From contig OU015569.1 in NCBI GenBank assembly GCA_907165135.1, positions 5,828,001 through 5,892,000 on the forward strand: a stretch of DNA of 64,000 nucleotides, given 5' to 3'. This document shows positions 60,101-64,000 of the stretch, piece by piece. The translations under genes were made by a program, and so were the position numbers. The notes under the pieces are model-generated. The model searched no databases and was not told where the DNA came from. It was given only the letters and a program-made list of their open reading frames with translations. The stretch comes from Oikopleura dioica. Lineage: Eukaryota; Animalia; Chordata. Each line of letters begins with the position of its first letter. Position 1 is the stretch's first letter.

Positions 60101-62929
60101 TCTTGTGGAGAGGTAAATCGAATTTGTAAGGTGCTGTTGCCGGAGCGAATCCGTAGCGACTGGAGGACCTGGATATGAGCTTTAGATAACATTCTTTTTT
60201 CTTCATTCGACGATACGCTTCGCCGCTCCGCTAGCTGGCGCACATGATGTACACAGTAAGATGAAATAGATACCGGCTGTAATCAAGTGGAAAGCACCAC
60301 CACGATAAAAATTGAAGGCAATTCTTAAAAACGTCATAAATAATTACTTGATTGATTTTTTACAGTGACCCATTTGTCAAAGACTTATGGAAATCAATAC
60401 TTTCCCACTTGATTCGTAAATTATCATTTAATCAATATGGTTTCTATAAGCGTATCACAAAGCTCCGTTCCTTACTGTCCCCGGTGTAGAGCCCCGATAT
60501 TTCCAAGTCATCAGTTTGTATATAGTGATAGCCTGTGCACATTGGTTCCATCGTGAAGAAGAGTTGATCGAAGGTACTGATAGCAGTACTTCCAAAAACG
60601 GTGCATTCGCCGCCACAACTGTCAGTTGTGCAGGACCATGCCCCGTCATTACACGTGCATGTGTTGCATCGCACATTTACAGTTTCTCCTGGAGAATAAA
60701 GTCGATTTTGGTGGGTGCAAGGACACTCGTTGGGCTTTATGCACTGGCCTTCATATTCTACTGTTCCTTCTGGACAAACGCATCCAGATAAGCAATCTGT
60801 CTTACAATATTGATCCTCATTATTTGGATTTGGCTGTGAGCAAGTAGCAGGACAAAGATTCACGCACTCAGAGTGCACAAAACCAGCTGGACAATTTGTA
60901 GGGCACATCGTTGGTGAGCGCCAATTCATAAGTTCATGATGGAGCGACTTTGCGCAGACTTGGGCATACACAGCAAGTATATTGCAGAAATGATCTTAAT
61001 ATAGGATGGAAAAGAGCACAACGATCGAAGTGGTTTTCCTATTTTCTATCCTGGCCTTGTGCCAAAGGATCGCTATCTAGAGCACATTGCGAGCGGATAC
61101 AAGCTTCGAACCAGGGAGCCGGGTCTTCTTGAGGATGGCATTCGCTAGATATCCATTAATTGTAGAGTAACTCTCGGTATAACTCACCTAAACGGATTCA
61201 TAAAGAGCATCTGACATTTTCGCCTCGCAGATTCCTCAGCAATGGCGGAAGTGGAACACTCTCCTCGAGGCAAAGCTCTGGGAAGGTTTTCGCACTGGCT
61301 TAGGGACCACGAGTCAGCAAAAATATCAACACGGACAGCCTGTCTTCCGGAAATATCGCTCAAGTCATCGTCAATTTTCCCATTTAGGACGCCACAGAGC
61401 CCCCTTGTGCGGTCAAAATGCTCCGGTCCCACGGTGAGAGCAATGATTCCCTTGCCAACTACAAGACGGGCACCAGTAGCTGCGTCCATTATTATCCAGT
61501 CATCGACAAATTTAATTGTTACACCTAAAAGAGTAATACATTTCATTATCTACAAAACCGTAGCAGCATCAATACGTAAATATTAATTGAGAGGAGAATG
61601 TATTAATTGCTTTCTACCTTGGTGAACAAAGGGGCGGCCAAAAGGATGTCGATATCGTTGAAATGAACCGACTTTTCACTTATCTCGATTTTATCTGAAC
61701 AATATAGGTAGACGGATACTCTTTTCACACGCCATTACCTTTTCCAACTTCGAAAACTGTTTTGTTCGGGTGAATGTCGACCAGCCTAAAATGAGTTTTC
61801 ATAAAAGTAATGATACAATTTTCGTAGATTCTCTAATAAAGTAGTTTCGAAGGTATTATCCTCGCACGTTTAGAACATGATCATACTATCACTTACCATG
61901 CGCCGTCGGTATTCATCGCCAACCGATAATTACACGATGCTTTTTTCGAGGTTCAAATTATCACGCGTATTCAAGTTGGATATCCCAATTAAATTAATCT
62001 TTCCGAGAAGTGCGTTCTTTGAGCCTTTCCGTTGAAAGAGAAAAACTTTCCATCGAATGTCCTGAAATGAACTCCCGACCAGAAATAACATGTAAAATCC
62101 ATTGCAGCTTATTCTTGGTTAACGATCAATCTTTAACAAATTTTATGCATGTTAAACCAATAGCTTCGTCTTTTTCAATAGAGCCAGCTAAATTCGCATT
62201 ATCGTCGGTCGTATCGATTGCTGTCAAGCACGGAAAACAAGTTGAGCTATTCAGGGAAATCCAGGAGTACTCATCACCCTTTGAACAGCACTCGTCAAAA
62301 GCTATTTGCCCTTCGCTGCTGCCAGCACAAGTTGACGAGGCGACGCATTCACCTGGAAATAAGAATCAATCATAATTTGAAAGTAAAGAAAAGCTAGACA
62401 TCTCAAAAACTGACCTAGTGTCGTTGGGGTTCGACAGCTTGCGCCGCTCCACCCTTCGCAGCATTCAGAAACAAGCTCGCGGAGAACGACGTTCTGTTTC
62501 ACTTCTGGGCGATAAATGAAACACTCGGCTAAGGCGCCTTCTCGCTTGAAATAGTCCTGTACACCTCTTTCACCTCCATGCTCACTCTGCATACGCGTTT
62601 CATCGTATAGCCAGTCGTCGTGAACGGAGCGATACAATTCCAAGCAAGGAACTAGACACTTTGTTAGAAAATGACTTGACTTTCACTTTTTATCGCAAGT
62701 TTATTCTTAAAACATCGACGTAACAAGTTCCCGCGTTTCTTTTTCAAAATACGTGTGTATCGGGTTCTAATTAACTCCGTCTTCGTAGAAACAATTTTTT
62801 ATTACCAGAATCTTCGAGCCTTGGGCTCACAACAACTTCATAATTTCGCTCTTGCTCTACTTCACACCAGTTGCCGGTCTGAGAGATCAGAGCCGATACC
62901 AAAGAAGCAAAAAGTATCAACTCTAACAT
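48158..62929 (-). CDS. SSPO: SCO-spondin (Reissner fibre glycoprotein)
   Basis: Signal peptide plus GNWCEVEQER...VSPRLED and EMI-like CCEGWSGASC; vWD/C8/TIL modules (AVGDPHYRTFDG, GLCGDYNG); an LDLa cluster; many TSP1 repeats (WSxWSxCS); VWC; terminal cystine knot CECCSY...IRSCTCLSC. Confidence 0.92.
48264..48831. mobile_element. hAT-type MITE (568 bp) inserted in the SCO-spondin cystine-knot coding sequence
   Basis: 16-bp perfect TIR TAGGGTTCCGCACGAT / ATCGTGCGGAACCCTA; 8-bp TSD TACTGATT at 48256-48263 and 48832-48839. Confidence 0.95.
56851..56936 (-). tRNA. tRNA-Tyr (GTA) with a 13-nt intron, inside a SCO-spondin intron
   Basis: CCGTCGATAGCTCAGTTGGCAGAGCGGGAGACTGTAG[AGGGTTAGCAGTT]ATCTCTAGGTCACTGGTTCGAATCCGGTTCGACGGA; A and B boxes, paired acceptor stem and a downstream T-run. 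Confidence 0.97.
58665..58977 (-). ncRNA. Candidate intronic miRNA cluster (3-4 hairpins)
   Basis: Consecutive stem-loops at about 58665-58751, 58784-58842, 58862-58919 and 58929-58977; two share the 3' arm AAGATAGGTCA(A/G)TCTA. Confidence 0.55.
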
Positions 62930-64000
62930 TGGAATCTATCGACTGAGCAAGTCTTCTCAGCTCTCGTCGACTGCGTAATCTGCGGAAAGAGCGCCCTAAA
63001 GTCACGCAAAGAATTAATCAGCTGAATGTCCGACAGGGAAATTTGGATATCACTGGGGGACTTCGCAAACTCGGTCGACATTTAAGCAAATATAAGACGA
63101 TTAATTGTAAAATCGAATATTCCTCTTGATTCTTTTTTCTTGCATTGTTATGATGAAACCAAAATGGCGCATTGATGAAATGTTTTTGCGGCTTATTATG
63201 CAAAGGTTGAGAAACTTATTCAAAATAATAATAATACATATTTTAACTAAGCCAAATTACTTTCTCCTGAAACCGCCAGAAAAGAAGTCTTCCTTGATTC
63301 CAAATGCGATTGACTTATGTGTTATCCTTTTAAATATCATTCTAAGATGAGACAAGCTTCGCAATTATAAATAAATCTTTTGGTCAGTTAGAATACTCCT
63401 TGTGAGTTCGCCGACCACTAGATAACTGTCAATCTTTTCCAACCTTTTGCTGTGGCGGCGGCCAACTATTGTCAACTCAATTCTGATGTTTTGCGATGCG
63501 CTGTGTCAAAATACTAAACTTCAACCCCTGCAATTAACAATCATCTTCGGGTTTTTTCTGATGGGAGGATAGCAAATCCTTTTTATTGCAATTGAATTGT
63601 GTATTTACAGATTGATGAGTTTTTCGAACCGTTTTGCTTTTACGCTGAGAGATTGAATGCAGAAGAAATTATCGGTTGAAATTTGAATATACAAAGTTGG
63701 GTAGTGTAGGGTCGATTGGTTCATTTTCTCCCGGTGTATTTCTTCGTGTTGGAAAAGTGGTCTTCAAGTTGTAGCACCTCCAGAAAGCTGCCCTAGGAAA
63801 GAGTTAAAGCAGAAAAAACTTACCGAGGGCGTTTGCTTGTTGCATCACTCTGTTGTGTATAAATTTTCTTTGTACAAAGTAGCAGCGACTTCAGAACATC
63901 AATTTTACCTAAGAAGAATTCATAAGTACTGGTGCGTGCTATCCCTTATTAATTCCCAGTAAGAATTTCGTTTATTTGTCTCTTTCCGTCTCTAAGAGCT

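Noticed and set aside
63000-64000. Possible 3' part of another minus-strand gene upstream of SCO-spondin
   Set aside because: Short exon-like stretches exist, but I could not assemble a consistent frame or recognise a product.

Overview
A 64-kb window of a very compact, gene-dense animal genome. Introns of about 35-70 nt, frequent GA-AG, GG-AG and GC-AG introns, and long co-oriented gene runs with an AG acceptor just before each ATG point (by inference) to an appendicularian tunicate such as Oikopleura dioica. Positions 1-26.3 kb hold a minus-strand operon-like run: hypothetical, CIAO1, a highly divergent TOR, CHTOP-like, MYND-UBA, UCP4, RIOX1/NO66, ZFPL1, PELO, MIC13-like, POLR2G, BLOC1S1, RAD9, TMX1 and a partial SLC25 carrier. 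Positions 26.9-47 kb hold plus-strand genes: a four-domain TXNDC5, UCKL1, PGM2, FIG4, ZW10 and FoxO. Positions 48-63 kb hold a minus-strand SCO-spondin with an intronic tRNA-Tyr. Four short inverted-repeat elements are present (piggyBac-like, hAT-like and two long-TIR). Highlights: (1) a complete glycine-receptor gene sits on the same strand inside what appears to be a TOR intron, with no room for its own promoter; (2) an hAT-type MITE is inserted in a SCO-spondin coding exon and can be spliced out in frame as a new intron; (3) a SCO-spondin intron contains a cluster of related pre-miRNA-like hairpins; (4) the TOR FRB domain has lost the rapamycin-pocket residues. Exon boundaries and protein alignments were made by eye and need transcript confirmation.
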